From Bacillaceae bacterium (GTDB taxonomy: Bacteria; Bacillota; Bacilli; Bacillales; Bacillaceae_L), in contig JBEQAC010000001.1 of NCBI GenBank assembly GCA_041640535.1, positions 17,083 to 81,082 on the forward strand: a DNA stretch of 64,000 bases. The letters run 5' to 3'. This document shows positions 30,670 through 40,044 of this stretch, one piece after another. How positions within the stretch are numbered: the first letter of the stretch is position 1; the number at the start of each line of letters is the position of its first letter. The notes beneath the pieces are model-generated. The model saw only the letters and a list, made by a program, of their open reading frames with translations, made no database searches and was not told the DNA's origin. The position numbers and the translations under genes are program-made.

Positions 30670-31743
30670 TTGAAAAAGATACTATATCTAGGTTGGCTTG
30701 GTTATAACAATTTGGGTGATGAACTAATGTTTGATCTTTTTCAAGAAAATTGTTCGAAAATATTTAGTAAAAATGAGTATCAGATAGAGACATCTCTTAC
30801 TAAAAATAAGATCAAAGATTTTGACGTTATCGTTTCTGGAGGGGGATCTTTACTTGGGTATACCCCACAAATTGAAGTATTGTACAATGCTGTGAAAAAA
30901 AACAAGAAAATAGTAATATGGGGCACCGGCCTTGATAGTATAGATAAAAATAGTATGGAGTTTTTAAATTTGAAAAATAATGATGGATTCATTAGTCCAT
31001 TAGCAACACAAGATGAACAAAAGTTAGCAAAAATAATAGAACAAGCTTTGTATGTTGGTGTGAGGGGCCCATTAACCTATCAAGCATTAAAGCAAATGGG
31101 AATGAATATGAACAAAATCCAGATAAGTGGAGATCCAGGGTTCCTAATAAAACCCTGTAACTTAGTACCACCAGTAAATATATCACAATGGAATAATGAG
31201 TTGAAAATAATTGGAGTTAACTGGGGAACATCTTACAACAATATTTATGGACAGGATGAAGAATTGGTAGAAGAATGTTTAGCACTCGCATTAAAGAATT
31301 TAATAAATAAGGGATATAAAATTTATATTTATACAGTATGGCCAGAAGACCATGATGCAAGTACGCGTCTTTATGAAAGAGTAGCAGATAAAGAAAATGT
31401 TATTCTATCAACTACGCTTTATAATCAACAAGAATTGTTTAGCCTAATGAAAAATTTTATATTTACAATTAATTTCAAATTACATGCAAATGTGATTTCA
31501 GCAATGGCTAATGTCCCTTTTATTGCTTTAGGATACAGGTATAAAGTATTTGATTTTGCTAAATCAATGGAGCTGGATAATCTCGTCATATCGACTGACT
31601 CGGATAATATAGAAAGTCAAATTATGATGTTAGAAAAACATGTAACATCAAAAAGAAATCACATTAGTAAAAAAATAAACAAAGCAACAAAAATTTATGA
31701 AAGTAGATTACTATCTCCATTTCATCATTCTTTATATATTTAA
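30670..31743 (+). CDS. Polysaccharide pyruvyltransferase
   Basis: NNLGDE, GGGSLL, WGTG, VGVRG, GDPG, KLHA, YRYKV. Confidence 0.85.
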   Translation: MKKILYLGWLGYNNLGDELMFDLFQENCSKIFSKNEYQIETSLTKNKIKDFDVIVSGGGSLLGYTPQIEVLYNAVKKNKKIVIWGTGLDSIDKNSMEFLNLKNNDGFISPLATQDEQKLAKIIEQALYVGVRGPLTYQALKQMGMNMNKIQISGDPGFLIKPCNLVPPVNISQWNNELKIIGVNWGTSYNNIYGQDEELVEECLALALKNLINKGYKIYIYTVWPEDHDASTRLYERVADKENVILSTTLYNQQELFSLMKNFIFTINFKLHANVISAMANVPFIALGYRYKVFDFAKSMELDNLVISTDSDNIESQIMMLEKHVTSKRNHISKKINKATKIYESRLLSPFHHSLYI

Positions 31744-31776
31744 ATTCTTTTCTACCAAAGAAAGAGGTGAGAGGTC

Positions 31777-32850
31777 ATATTAACTATATATAGCCCTACA
31801 ATTGAACAAACCAAATCAAGAGTAAGATTACAGACAGTTTTTGATGTGGATGGAAATAAAGATCTACTTTGGTATGAGGTAAGTAAGGAATATGGAGAAT
31901 TTTTAACAGATGATAGAGCAGATGCTTTTATTGTCGGACTTTTATTATATGCGTTAAAAAATGGACATGATATACAGGTTTTATCCAGAATGTCAGAAAG
32001 GCTTTATTATACTCTTAATAAGTACTTAGTTCCGATTATTGCTGACATCAATGGATATAAACATATTAAAGTTATGTGTAAGCTGTTGGATGCAAAGTCA
32101 CTATCAAATGTAGGAGCGGTAGGGACTGGATTATCTTGTGGGATTGATTCTTTTAGCACGATTTGCGACCATTTAAACGTGCCTGATCATTATAAAATTA
32201 CTCATTTTACTTTTTTAAATGTTGGCTCAAATGGTTGCAACGGTGGAAAAAAAGCTTTTAAACTTTTTAAGAAACGAGCGAAACTAGTAAAATCTTGTGC
32301 AGAGGAGCTTGGAATTGAATTTATCACTGTAAACAGTAATTTAAGTGAAATTTTAAGGATGGATTTTCAATCAACTCATACTCTCAGGAGTATATCCGCC
32401 GTTTTGGCTCTTCAAAGGTTATTTAAAGTGTATTACTATTCATCTAGTATACCTATAAAGAATTTCGAATTATCAAAGCAGTACTCGGATTCCTATGACA
32501 TTTTTAGTTTGAATATGTTATCGACCGAAAGTATCGAATTGTTTTCAGCTTGTTCTACCCTTACAAGAGTGGATAAAACAAGGTTAGTAGCAGAGTTTGA
32601 ACCTTCATATAAATATCTTAATGTTTGTACTATGTCTGATTTTAACTGTGGAACATGTCCAAAATGCTTAAGGACATTTTTTACATTAGAACTTATAGGT
32701 GTCATCGATCGATATAAATCAGTATTTAATTATGAAGCATATCTCAAAAAGAGACAGAAATTTATCGCTCATGTACTGAAACAACATCACACCGATGTAT
32801 TGCTCAAGGAGATCTATGATGAAATGCTACGTGTTAAATTTAAAAACTAA
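31777..32850 (+). CDS. Hypothetical protein with PP-loop-like SCGIDS and C-terminal Cys cluster
   Basis: GLSCGIDS and VC-x5-CGTCPKC motifs. Frame is open from 31771, and SD GAGGTGA (31764-31770) points to ATA 31777. The ORF track starts at GTG 31846. Confidence 0.7.
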   Translation: MLTIYSPTIEQTKSRVRLQTVFDVDGNKDLLWYEVSKEYGEFLTDDRADAFIVGLLLYALKNGHDIQVLSRMSERLYYTLNKYLVPIIADINGYKHIKVMCKLLDAKSLSNVGAVGTGLSCGIDSFSTICDHLNVPDHYKITHFTFLNVGSNGCNGGKKAFKLFKKRAKLVKSCAEELGIEFITVNSNLSEILRMDFQSTHTLRSISAVLALQRLFKVYYYSSSIPIKNFELSKQYSDSYDIFSLNMLSTESIELFSACSTLTRVDKTRLVAEFEPSYKYLNVCTMSDFNCGTCPKCLRTFFTLELIGVIDRYKSVFNYEAYLKKRQKFIAHVLKQHHTDVLLKEIYDEMLRVKFKN

Positions 32851-32871
32851 CCAATGTTGAGGTGATTTTTA

Positions 32872-34083
32872 ATGGTTAAATATAGCTTTGTCATGCTTTG
32901 TTATAACAATTGGAGTATGACGAAAGAAGCAATAACTTCTTTAGTCAGATCTCTCCATCCTTTTCAGGAAAATGGCATAGAGATTATTATTGTTGATAAT
33001 GGTTCTATAGATGAAACACCAACAGGGATTAATCAATTGAAACAAGAATTCGGAAATAAACTATTGAAAATTGAGAATATAAGATTAGAACCAAATATGG
33101 GGTACACACCAGGAATTAATGCTGGCCTCTCAAAATGTCAAGGAGACATTATTACGATATTAAATAACGATATGGTTTTTCCAAAGAACTGGTTTAAAGG
33201 TTTAGTAGAGGTATTAGAAAGCGATGAAAAAATTGGATTGGTTGCACCTTATCTATCTCGCAGTTCTGGTCTACAAAATGTCAAAAAAACTTTTTATTCA
33301 ACTGAGGAACTTGAAATATTCGCCGAAATGTTTATGAAACAGCATGAAAATAAGATAATCTTTACTCATAGAGTGATTGGGGCATGTATGGTTTTTAAAA
33401 GAGAGGTAATTGAAAAAATTGGTGGGAATGATATTTGGTTTGGACTAGGACAATTTGATGATGATGACTGGTGCGTACGAACAATCATAGCAGGTTATAA
33501 GATTGTTGTAGTTGGCAAATCATTCGTTCATCATATTTCGACTGTTACTTATAAACAGCAATCACCAGTGATGAAGGAGTCATATCGGGTAAATAAAAGG
33601 AAATTTAGAAAGAAGTGGGGGATAAAAAGAAAGAATCAATTACAGGGAGTTTTAGAAAATATGGACTTTGAAAAGGAAAAACACTATTGTCCTACAAAAC
33701 TAGAAGAATTTAATCGAGTAGAATCACAACCTCTAAAAACAGATAAGATAAACCGGAAATTCTTATTAGTGGCAGATTGGTCCAATTCTTTCTCAAAATG
33801 GCAAGAAACGTTATTAAACTCAATTCAACATTTACAAGAAGCCGAGGAAATACATTTATGGGTTCCGCCTATTTACTACAAAGGCTTTAATCCACTTTCA
33901 AAGATTTCTCCAGATTTACCGTCTAGTTCCTTATCTAATATAAAAATAATCACTGAAAACATTTCACCTTTAGATCTTGTCATTTTTCTAGAATCCTTTG
34001 ACGGGATTTTCTCTGTAGACAATGATTATATAAATAAATATATGGTTTATATAGCAAACAATATTTCACTACCCACTTATTAG
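32872..34083 (+). CDS. GT2 glycosyltransferase
   Basis: IIIVDNGSIDET, NMGY..GIN.G, LNND, FDDDDW. Confidence 0.9.
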   Translation: MVKYSFVMLCYNNWSMTKEAITSLVRSLHPFQENGIEIIIVDNGSIDETPTGINQLKQEFGNKLLKIENIRLEPNMGYTPGINAGLSKCQGDIITILNNDMVFPKNWFKGLVEVLESDEKIGLVAPYLSRSSGLQNVKKTFYSTEELEIFAEMFMKQHENKIIFTHRVIGACMVFKREVIEKIGGNDIWFGLGQFDDDDWCVRTIIAGYKIVVVGKSFVHHISTVTYKQQSPVMKESYRVNKRKFRKKWGIKRKNQLQGVLENMDFEKEKHYCPTKLEEFNRVESQPLKTDKINRKFLLVADWSNSFSKWQETLLNSIQHLQEAEEIHLWVPPIYYKGFNPLSKISPDLPSSSLSNIKIITENISPLDLVIFLESFDGIFSVDNDYINKYMVYIANNISLPTY

Positions 34084-34195
34084 AAATTTTCCCCCTTTAA
34101 AACAACTACCTATTACTTTTGTCCAATCACTCTTTGAATGAATGAATAAACTATTTAAGGACTATACCATTTTAAGGGATTAAAGGGAGGATCGT

Positions 34196-34981
34196 ATGAA
34201 GGTTATCATCTTGGCGGGTGGATTTGGTACGAGGATAAGTGAAGAAACACATTTAAGACCAAAACCAATGATCGAAATTGGCGATAAGCCCATTTTGCTG
34301 CATATTATGAAGCTGTTCTCAAGCTACGGTTATAACGAGTTTATTATTTGTCTAGGATATAAAAGTCATATTATCAAAGAATATTTCGCAAATTACTTTC
34401 TATATAACTCCGATGTAACATTTGATTTTCAGGCTGGAAATAAATGCATCGTCCATCAGCAGGCTACAGAGCCTTGGAAAGTGACATTAGTTGAAACTGG
34501 TTTAAATACCCTGACCGGGGGGCGCATCAAAAGAATACAAAAATATGTTGGAGATGAGCCTTTTATGTTAACTTATGGCGATGGAATTGGAGATGTGAAT
34601 ATTAAGGATTTGGTTGAATATCATTGCACACATGGAAAGTTTGCTACAGTAACAGCCACACAGCCAAAAGGAAGATTTGGTGTGTTATCTTTGTCCCCTG
34701 AACAAAAGGTAGAACAATTTCAGGAGAAAATTCAAGGAGAAGGTGGCTGGATAAACGCGGGCTTTTTTGTTTTACAACCAGAGGTATTTAATTATATAAG
34801 GAATGGTGATCTAACCGTATTTGAAAAAGAACCATTAGAGAATCTTGCAATGGATGGTCAATTAATGGCCTATAAACATACAGGTTTTTGGCATCCAATG
34901 GATACTTTGCGTGATAAAAGATATTTAGAAGAAATATGGGCCTCTGGAAAGGCGCCCTGGAAAATGATAGATAAAAATTAA
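34196..34981 (+). CDS. rfbF: Glucose-1-phosphate cytidylyltransferase
   Basis: ILAGGFGTRISEET..RPKPMIEIG, TGGRIK, LTYGDG, WINAGFF, FWHPMDTLRDK. Confidence 0.95.
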   Translation: MKVIILAGGFGTRISEETHLRPKPMIEIGDKPILLHIMKLFSSYGYNEFIICLGYKSHIIKEYFANYFLYNSDVTFDFQAGNKCIVHQQATEPWKVTLVETGLNTLTGGRIKRIQKYVGDEPFMLTYGDGIGDVNIKDLVEYHCTHGKFATVTATQPKGRFGVLSLSPEQKVEQFQEKIQGEGGWINAGFFVLQPEVFNYIRNGDLTVFEKEPLENLAMDGQLMAYKHTGFWHPMDTLRDKRYLEEIWASGKAPWKMIDKN

Positions 34982-35020
34982 TTAAGGGGATATGAAGAAA
35001 GCTAAAAGCTGGAGGAAAAT

Positions 35021-35941
35021 ATGAAAATATTAATTACTGGTTCAACAGGCTTCCTGGGAAGTCATTTAACAAAGGAACTTGTAAAAGAAGGCCATGAAGT
35101 CATTATTCTAAAAAGAAGCTATTCAAATATATGGAGAATAGCAGATACTCTTCCGAAAGTGACTTCCTACAATATCGATAAGTGTTCTATTAAACAGCCT
35201 TTTATAGAATGTAGACCAATTGATGTCGTTATACACACAGCGACAAGATATGACCGAAACGAAGAGGCAGCTTCAGAATTATTAGATGCAAATGTTTTAT
35301 TTCCATTGAAATTACTAGAAACAGCTAGTTCCTACGAGACGAAAATGTTTATCAACACAGATTCATTTATCAACAAGATGAATGGGGGATATAAGCATCT
35401 AGCGGGATATGCCTTAACGAAAAAGCAATTTCTTGAATGGGGAAGAGAATTTAGCTTAAAAGAAAAAATTCATTTTATTAATGTTAAATTAGAACATATT
35501 TATGGATCGTTTGACAGCAAGGATAAGTTTACAACCTTTATTTTGAATAGTTGTTTAAACAATATCCCTGAACTAACTCTGACTCCTGGTAACCAAATGC
35601 GAGATTTTATTCATATTGATGATGTGGTAGCGGCTTATTCTTTAATAATAAAGCAAAAAAGTGAACAGAAAGCTTGGTTTAAGGAATATCAATTAGGTAC
35701 AGGGGAACCCAAAAAAATCCGTGATTTTGTAGAAATGATTCATCGTAAATCACAGTCAAAGACTGTATTGAAATTTGGAGCGATACCTTATCGTGAAAAT
35801 GAACTGATGGAGTCAAAAGCAAATATAGAAGAACTCCAAAAAATAGGATGGAGAAGTAAAATTAACCTTGAAAGAGGAATTGAATTAATGGTAGCCGATG
35901 AAAGGAAAATATTAAACAATCAATCTCTAAAACGAGATTAA
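35021..35941 (+). CDS. Extended SDR, CDP-abequose/paratose-synthase-like 4-ketoreductase
   Basis: GSTGFLG, HTAT.Y, FINTDSF, YALTK, LEHIYG, RDFIHIDD, FGAIPYRENE, as recalled for RfbJ/RfbS. Confidence 0.7.
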   Translation: MKILITGSTGFLGSHLTKELVKEGHEVIILKRSYSNIWRIADTLPKVTSYNIDKCSIKQPFIECRPIDVVIHTATRYDRNEEAASELLDANVLFPLKLLETASSYETKMFINTDSFINKMNGGYKHLAGYALTKKQFLEWGREFSLKEKIHFINVKLEHIYGSFDSKDKFTTFILNSCLNNIPELTLTPGNQMRDFIHIDDVVAAYSLIIKQKSEQKAWFKEYQLGTGEPKKIRDFVEMIHRKSQSKTVLKFGAIPYRENELMESKANIEELQKIGWRSKINLERGIELMVADERKILNNQSLKRD

Positions 35942-35959
35942 AATAAAGGTGATATATAA

Positions 35960-37060
35960 ATGGAGAATAATAATAATGATACAATTTTTCATTCTGATCT
36001 TCGGTATATATTCAATAATCTCACCAAAGATGAAAAGGAAAAATTTAAGGGTGCGTCGATACTAATTACAGGTTGTGCAGGCTTTTTGGGCTATTATTTT
36101 ATGTCATTTTTATCTGAATATGCTGATCAACTGTCTATAAAAAAGATTATAGGGATGGATAATTTTAAGCTTGGCAGACCTCAATGGATTGTAGAACTAG
36201 ATCAGTTGAACAATAAGGTTGAGCTGTTTACTTTTGATATTACTCAATTCTCAACCTTTGATACTGAAAAAATAAAGGATGTCGATTTTATCATCCATAT
36301 GGCTTCCATTGCCTCTCCAACTTATTACAGAAAATATCCTTTAGAAACAGTTGATGCGAATGTAATAGGGCTAAGAGCTTTACTTGATTTTTATAAGAAT
36401 AAAGATATTAAAGGATTTTTATTTTTCTCAAGCAGTGAGGTTTACGGTGATCCACTTCCAAACTATATTCCAACTCCAGAGGAATACAGAGGAAATGTTG
36501 CGATGATAGGACCTCGAGCATGCTATGATGAGGCAAAAAGATTTGGTGAGACGCTTTGTTATTTATATGCAGAAAATTATCACATGCCTATTTCAATCGT
36601 AAGACCATTTAATAATTATGGACCTGGCATGAGATTAAATGATAAACGGGTACCGGCCGATTTTGCGAAAGCAATTGTTAATAATGAGAAATTAATTATG
36701 TACTCAGACGGAACTCCTACTCGAACTTTTTGTTATGTCGCAGATGCAATCACAGGATATATTAAGGCAATGCTTTATGAACAATTCGACTATTTTAATA
36801 TCGGTATGGATAAACCAGAAATTTCAATAAAAAAGCTAGCAGAAATCTATAAACAAATTGGTTCGAAGATTTTTAATTATAATCAATCAATTGAATTTAA
36901 AAACTCTGAGGAAAAAAGCTATTTAACAGACAATCCATTAAGAAGATGCCCAGATATAACTAAGGCTAGGATGCTATTAAAGTTTAATCCTTCTATTTCT
37001 GTAAATGAAGGTGTTCACCGCTTTCTAACATTTATTAGAGAAGAGGGAGAAATTCAATGA
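35960..37060 (+). CDS. NDP-glucuronate decarboxylase-like SDR (UXS family)
   Basis: GCAGFLG, ASIASP, SSSEVYGDP, PTPEEYRGNV..GPRACYDEAKR, RPFNNYGPGM. Confidence 0.8.
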   Translation: MENNNNDTIFHSDLRYIFNNLTKDEKEKFKGASILITGCAGFLGYYFMSFLSEYADQLSIKKIIGMDNFKLGRPQWIVELDQLNNKVELFTFDITQFSTFDTEKIKDVDFIIHMASIASPTYYRKYPLETVDANVIGLRALLDFYKNKDIKGFLFFSSSEVYGDPLPNYIPTPEEYRGNVAMIGPRACYDEAKRFGETLCYLYAENYHMPISIVRPFNNYGPGMRLNDKRVPADFAKAIVNNEKLIMYSDGTPTRTFCYVADAITGYIKAMLYEQFDYFNIGMDKPEISIKKLAEIYKQIGSKIFNYNQSIEFKNSEEKSYLTDNPLRRCPDITKARMLLKFNPSISVNEGVHRFLTFIREEGEIQ

Positions 37061-38307
37061 TTACTGTGATTGGTCTTGGTTTTGTAGGATTAACAACAGC
37101 TTTAGGGTTTAGTGAAAAAGGATTTAACGTGTATGGATATGATATTGACCTTAAAAAGACGGAGCAGTTAAAAAAAGGAACGATTCCATTTTACGAACCA
37201 CACCTTGATGAGAAGTTAATTGAGCATTTAAACAACAAATTTATAATCGTAGATAATTTAAAAGAAGCAGTAAACAAGAGTGAAGTAATCTTTTTTTGTG
37301 TTGGTACGCCTAGTAACTCTGATGGTAGTGCAAATTTGGGCTATATTTTTGATGCAATAACTAGTGTGACAACATTTGTAAATAAACCTCACTATAAAGT
37401 TTTAGTTATGAAGTCTACAATCCCTCCATCAACATCAAGTATATATATAAAACCATTTATTGAAAAACAGGGATTTACAATAGGCAAAGATATAGGCTTG
37501 ACTAATAATCCGGAATTTTTACGAGAAGGATATGCCTGGGATGATTTTACAAATCCTGATCGAATTGTCATTGGTCAAGGAGATGAAAAAAGTGGGGAGA
37601 TAGTGGAAAAACTATATGAATCATTTGATGCTCCGATTTATCGTGTTAGTTTGAATACAGCTGAGTTTATTAAGTATTTATCAAACACATTGTTAGCAAC
37701 GCTTATCAGTTTTGCTAATGAGCAATCATTGATTGCTAAATCAATAGGGGATATCGATATAAAAGAGGCCTTTCAGGTACTACATCTTGATAAAAGATGG
37801 TTCGGAACTCCCGCTAAAATGACGTCATATGTTTATCCTGGCTGTGGATTTGGGGGATATTGCCTTCCAAAAGATACATTGGCCCTTATAAGTCAGTCAG
37901 TAAAGCATGATTACTCTCCTGATTTATTAATCAGCACATTGAAAGTAAATGAAACAATAAAAAAATATGTTGTTCGTGACATTGTTGAAAAGGTAAAAAA
38001 AGACGAGGCAATAGGAATTCTTGGTTTAGCATTTAAACCAAATTCTAACGATATAAGAGATACCCCCGCAAAACCAATTATTGATGGCTTACTAGAAAAG
38101 GGATACAAAAATATTATCGCTTATGATCCTTTAGCCACAAAAGAGTTTAGTGAGGCCTATGGTCTCCCAATTGAATATTCCTCTAACGTACAATCTCTCC
38201 TATCTAAAGTAAATCATGTCGTTATCTTAACAGCATGGGATGAATTCAAACAAAACGAAAACGCAATTAAAGCGAGGAATGTTTTCGATTATCGATATAT
38301 CTATTAA
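37057..38307 (+). CDS. NDP-glucose 6-dehydrogenase family protein
   Basis: GLGFVG, CVGTP, KSTIPP, NPEFLREG, GFGGYCLPKD (catalytic Cys), LGLAFKP. Start overlaps the upstream stop (ATGA). Confidence 0.9.
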   Translation: MITVIGLGFVGLTTALGFSEKGFNVYGYDIDLKKTEQLKKGTIPFYEPHLDEKLIEHLNNKFIIVDNLKEAVNKSEVIFFCVGTPSNSDGSANLGYIFDAITSVTTFVNKPHYKVLVMKSTIPPSTSSIYIKPFIEKQGFTIGKDIGLTNNPEFLREGYAWDDFTNPDRIVIGQGDEKSGEIVEKLYESFDAPIYRVSLNTAEFIKYLSNTLLATLISFANEQSLIAKSIGDIDIKEAFQVLHLDKRWFGTPAKMTSYVYPGCGFGGYCLPKDTLALISQSVKHDYSPDLLISTLKVNETIKKYVVRDIVEKVKKDEAIGILGLAFKPNSNDIRDTPAKPIIDGLLEKGYKNIIAYDPLATKEFSEAYGLPIEYSSNVQSLLSKVNHVVILTAWDEFKQNENAIKARNVFDYRYIY

Positions 38308-38338
38308 TAGAAGATTAAAAGAAAAGAGGTGTTTTGAC

Positions 38339-39262
38339 ATCAATAAGTTGAAGTTGTTAGTAATAATGAAGGATTATAGTAAATTTGTTCATTCAGAACC
38401 ACATTACCTTGCGGAGGAGTTAGCTCTAAACACGGATTTAATTGTATGGAATGAACCTGGAAATATACATGAGATATTAAAGGAAATAAGATTTACCCCA
38501 GACTTTATCTTAATTTACCTCTATCGTTCAGCAGAACAATACTCACCACCGATTTCAGGTTTGAGTACATTAAAAATTCCTTTTGGAGTATATGTAGAGG
38601 ATCTTCATAACCTTATTAACTTTTCTCAAGGAATCATAGAGGATAAGGTACAGCATATTTTTACTTGCTACAGAGATACTTTTTATAAAATGTATCCTGA
38701 TTTTATAGATAAAGTAAGGTGGCTACCTCATCATGTGAATACAAAAATCTTTAAAAATTATCTGATGCAAAAGGATCTTAATATGCTATTAATGGGTGCA
38801 AAGGATAAAAACGTCTATCCATTAAGGCATAAAATAATTAAGAAGTTAAAAAAGAACCCTGACTTTTTATATCATCGTCACCCTGGGTATAGGAATATAG
38901 AAAACACAGAAAATCAGTTTGTAAAGGAAAATTATGCGAAAGAAATTAATCGTGCAAAGGTATTCTTTACATGTGACTCAATCTATCAGTATCCTATTCT
39001 AAAGTTTTTTGAGGTTCCAGCTTGTCATACTTTACTACTAGCCCCATCGTCAAAAGAACTTTTTGATTTAGGATTTAGGCCAGGAGAAAATTTCGTTGAG
39101 ATAAATAATAAGAACTTTATTAATAAGGCTTCTTATTATCTTCAAAATGATGAAGAACGTGAAAGAATTACAGCAAACGGATTTAAGTTAGTACATGAAC
39201 GACACACCTCAGAAATACGGGCAAAGGAACTAATTGACATGATTAAAGAAATCATACAATAA
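38339..39262 (+). CDS. CgeB-like spore maturation glycosyltransferase
   Basis: EDLH, WLPHH, YPLR, HPGY, KFFEVPAC, GFRPGENFV, ERERITANG...HT. SD GAGGTG points to ATC 38339; the first canonical in-frame codon is TTG 38348. Confidence 0.75.
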   Translation: MNKLKLLVIMKDYSKFVHSEPHYLAEELALNTDLIVWNEPGNIHEILKEIRFTPDFILIYLYRSAEQYSPPISGLSTLKIPFGVYVEDLHNLINFSQGIIEDKVQHIFTCYRDTFYKMYPDFIDKVRWLPHHVNTKIFKNYLMQKDLNMLLMGAKDKNVYPLRHKIIKKLKKNPDFLYHRHPGYRNIENTENQFVKENYAKEINRAKVFFTCDSIYQYPILKFFEVPACHTLLLAPSSKELFDLGFRPGENFVEINNKNFINKASYYLQNDEERERITANGFKLVHERHTSEIRAKELIDMIKEIIQ

Positions 39263-39312
39263 AATTACGATTGGTTTATAAAAGTGGAAATTAAAGTGAA
39301 AGGAGGATTTGA

Positions 39313-40017
39313 ATGATTTCTATTATATGTTGTACAAAACGGCAAAATTTTATGGAGAATGTTTTTCAAAACTATGAAAGGCAAGTATGGAAGGATAAAG
39401 AACTAATCATCGTTTTAAACCGTAATGATATGGATATTAATAATTGGATCGAGAGAGCAAAACAACATCTATGTGTATCTGTGTATCAATTACCAGAAGA
39501 AACTACGTTAGGAGAGTGCTTAAATTACGGGATCGAAAAATCTAAAAATGCATATATTGCAAAATTTGATGATGACGACTACTATGCTCCTAACTATCTT
39601 ACAGAGTCCATTACGGCCTTGAATGACAAAGGAGCCGACATTGTGGGAAAAAGATCTGTCTACATGTATTTTGAAGAATGGAGAACATTAGCCATTTATA
39701 GACCAGGACGTGAAAATAGATTTGTTAAAAGAGGGTTAAAAGGTGCTACATTGCTTTTTAAGAGAGAAATTTGGGAAGAAATTAAATTTCCAAGTAAAAA
39801 TCAACATGAAGATGATGTATTTTTAAAATTTTGTAGACAAAAAGGATATAAATTGTATTCAACAGACAAATGTAACTTTGTGGTGTTAAGAACGGCATCA
39901 CCACAACATCAACACACTTCAGGAGATAATAATTGGCTTATAAGCAAATGTTCAATTGTGTGTGAAACAGATGATTATCAATCCATCGCACAGTGTAATA
40001 AAGAGAATCAATCCTAG
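39313..40017 (+). CDS. Short GT2 glycosyltransferase
   Basis: ISIICCT.R, TLGECLN, AKFDDDDYY, IVGK, GATL, EDD; paralogue of 50569. Confidence 0.88.
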   Translation: MISIICCTKRQNFMENVFQNYERQVWKDKELIIVLNRNDMDINNWIERAKQHLCVSVYQLPEETTLGECLNYGIEKSKNAYIAKFDDDDYYAPNYLTESITALNDKGADIVGKRSVYMYFEEWRTLAIYRPGRENRFVKRGLKGATLLFKREIWEEIKFPSKNQHEDDVFLKFCRQKGYKLYSTDKCNFVVLRTASPQHQHTSGDNNWLISKCSIVCETDDYQSIAQCNKENQS

Positions 40018-40044
40018 AATCTATAAAAACTTGTGGGTGAAAAA

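Noticed and set aside
34196-35941. Complete CDP-abequose/paratose pathway
   Set aside because: rfbG and rfbH are absent from the window.
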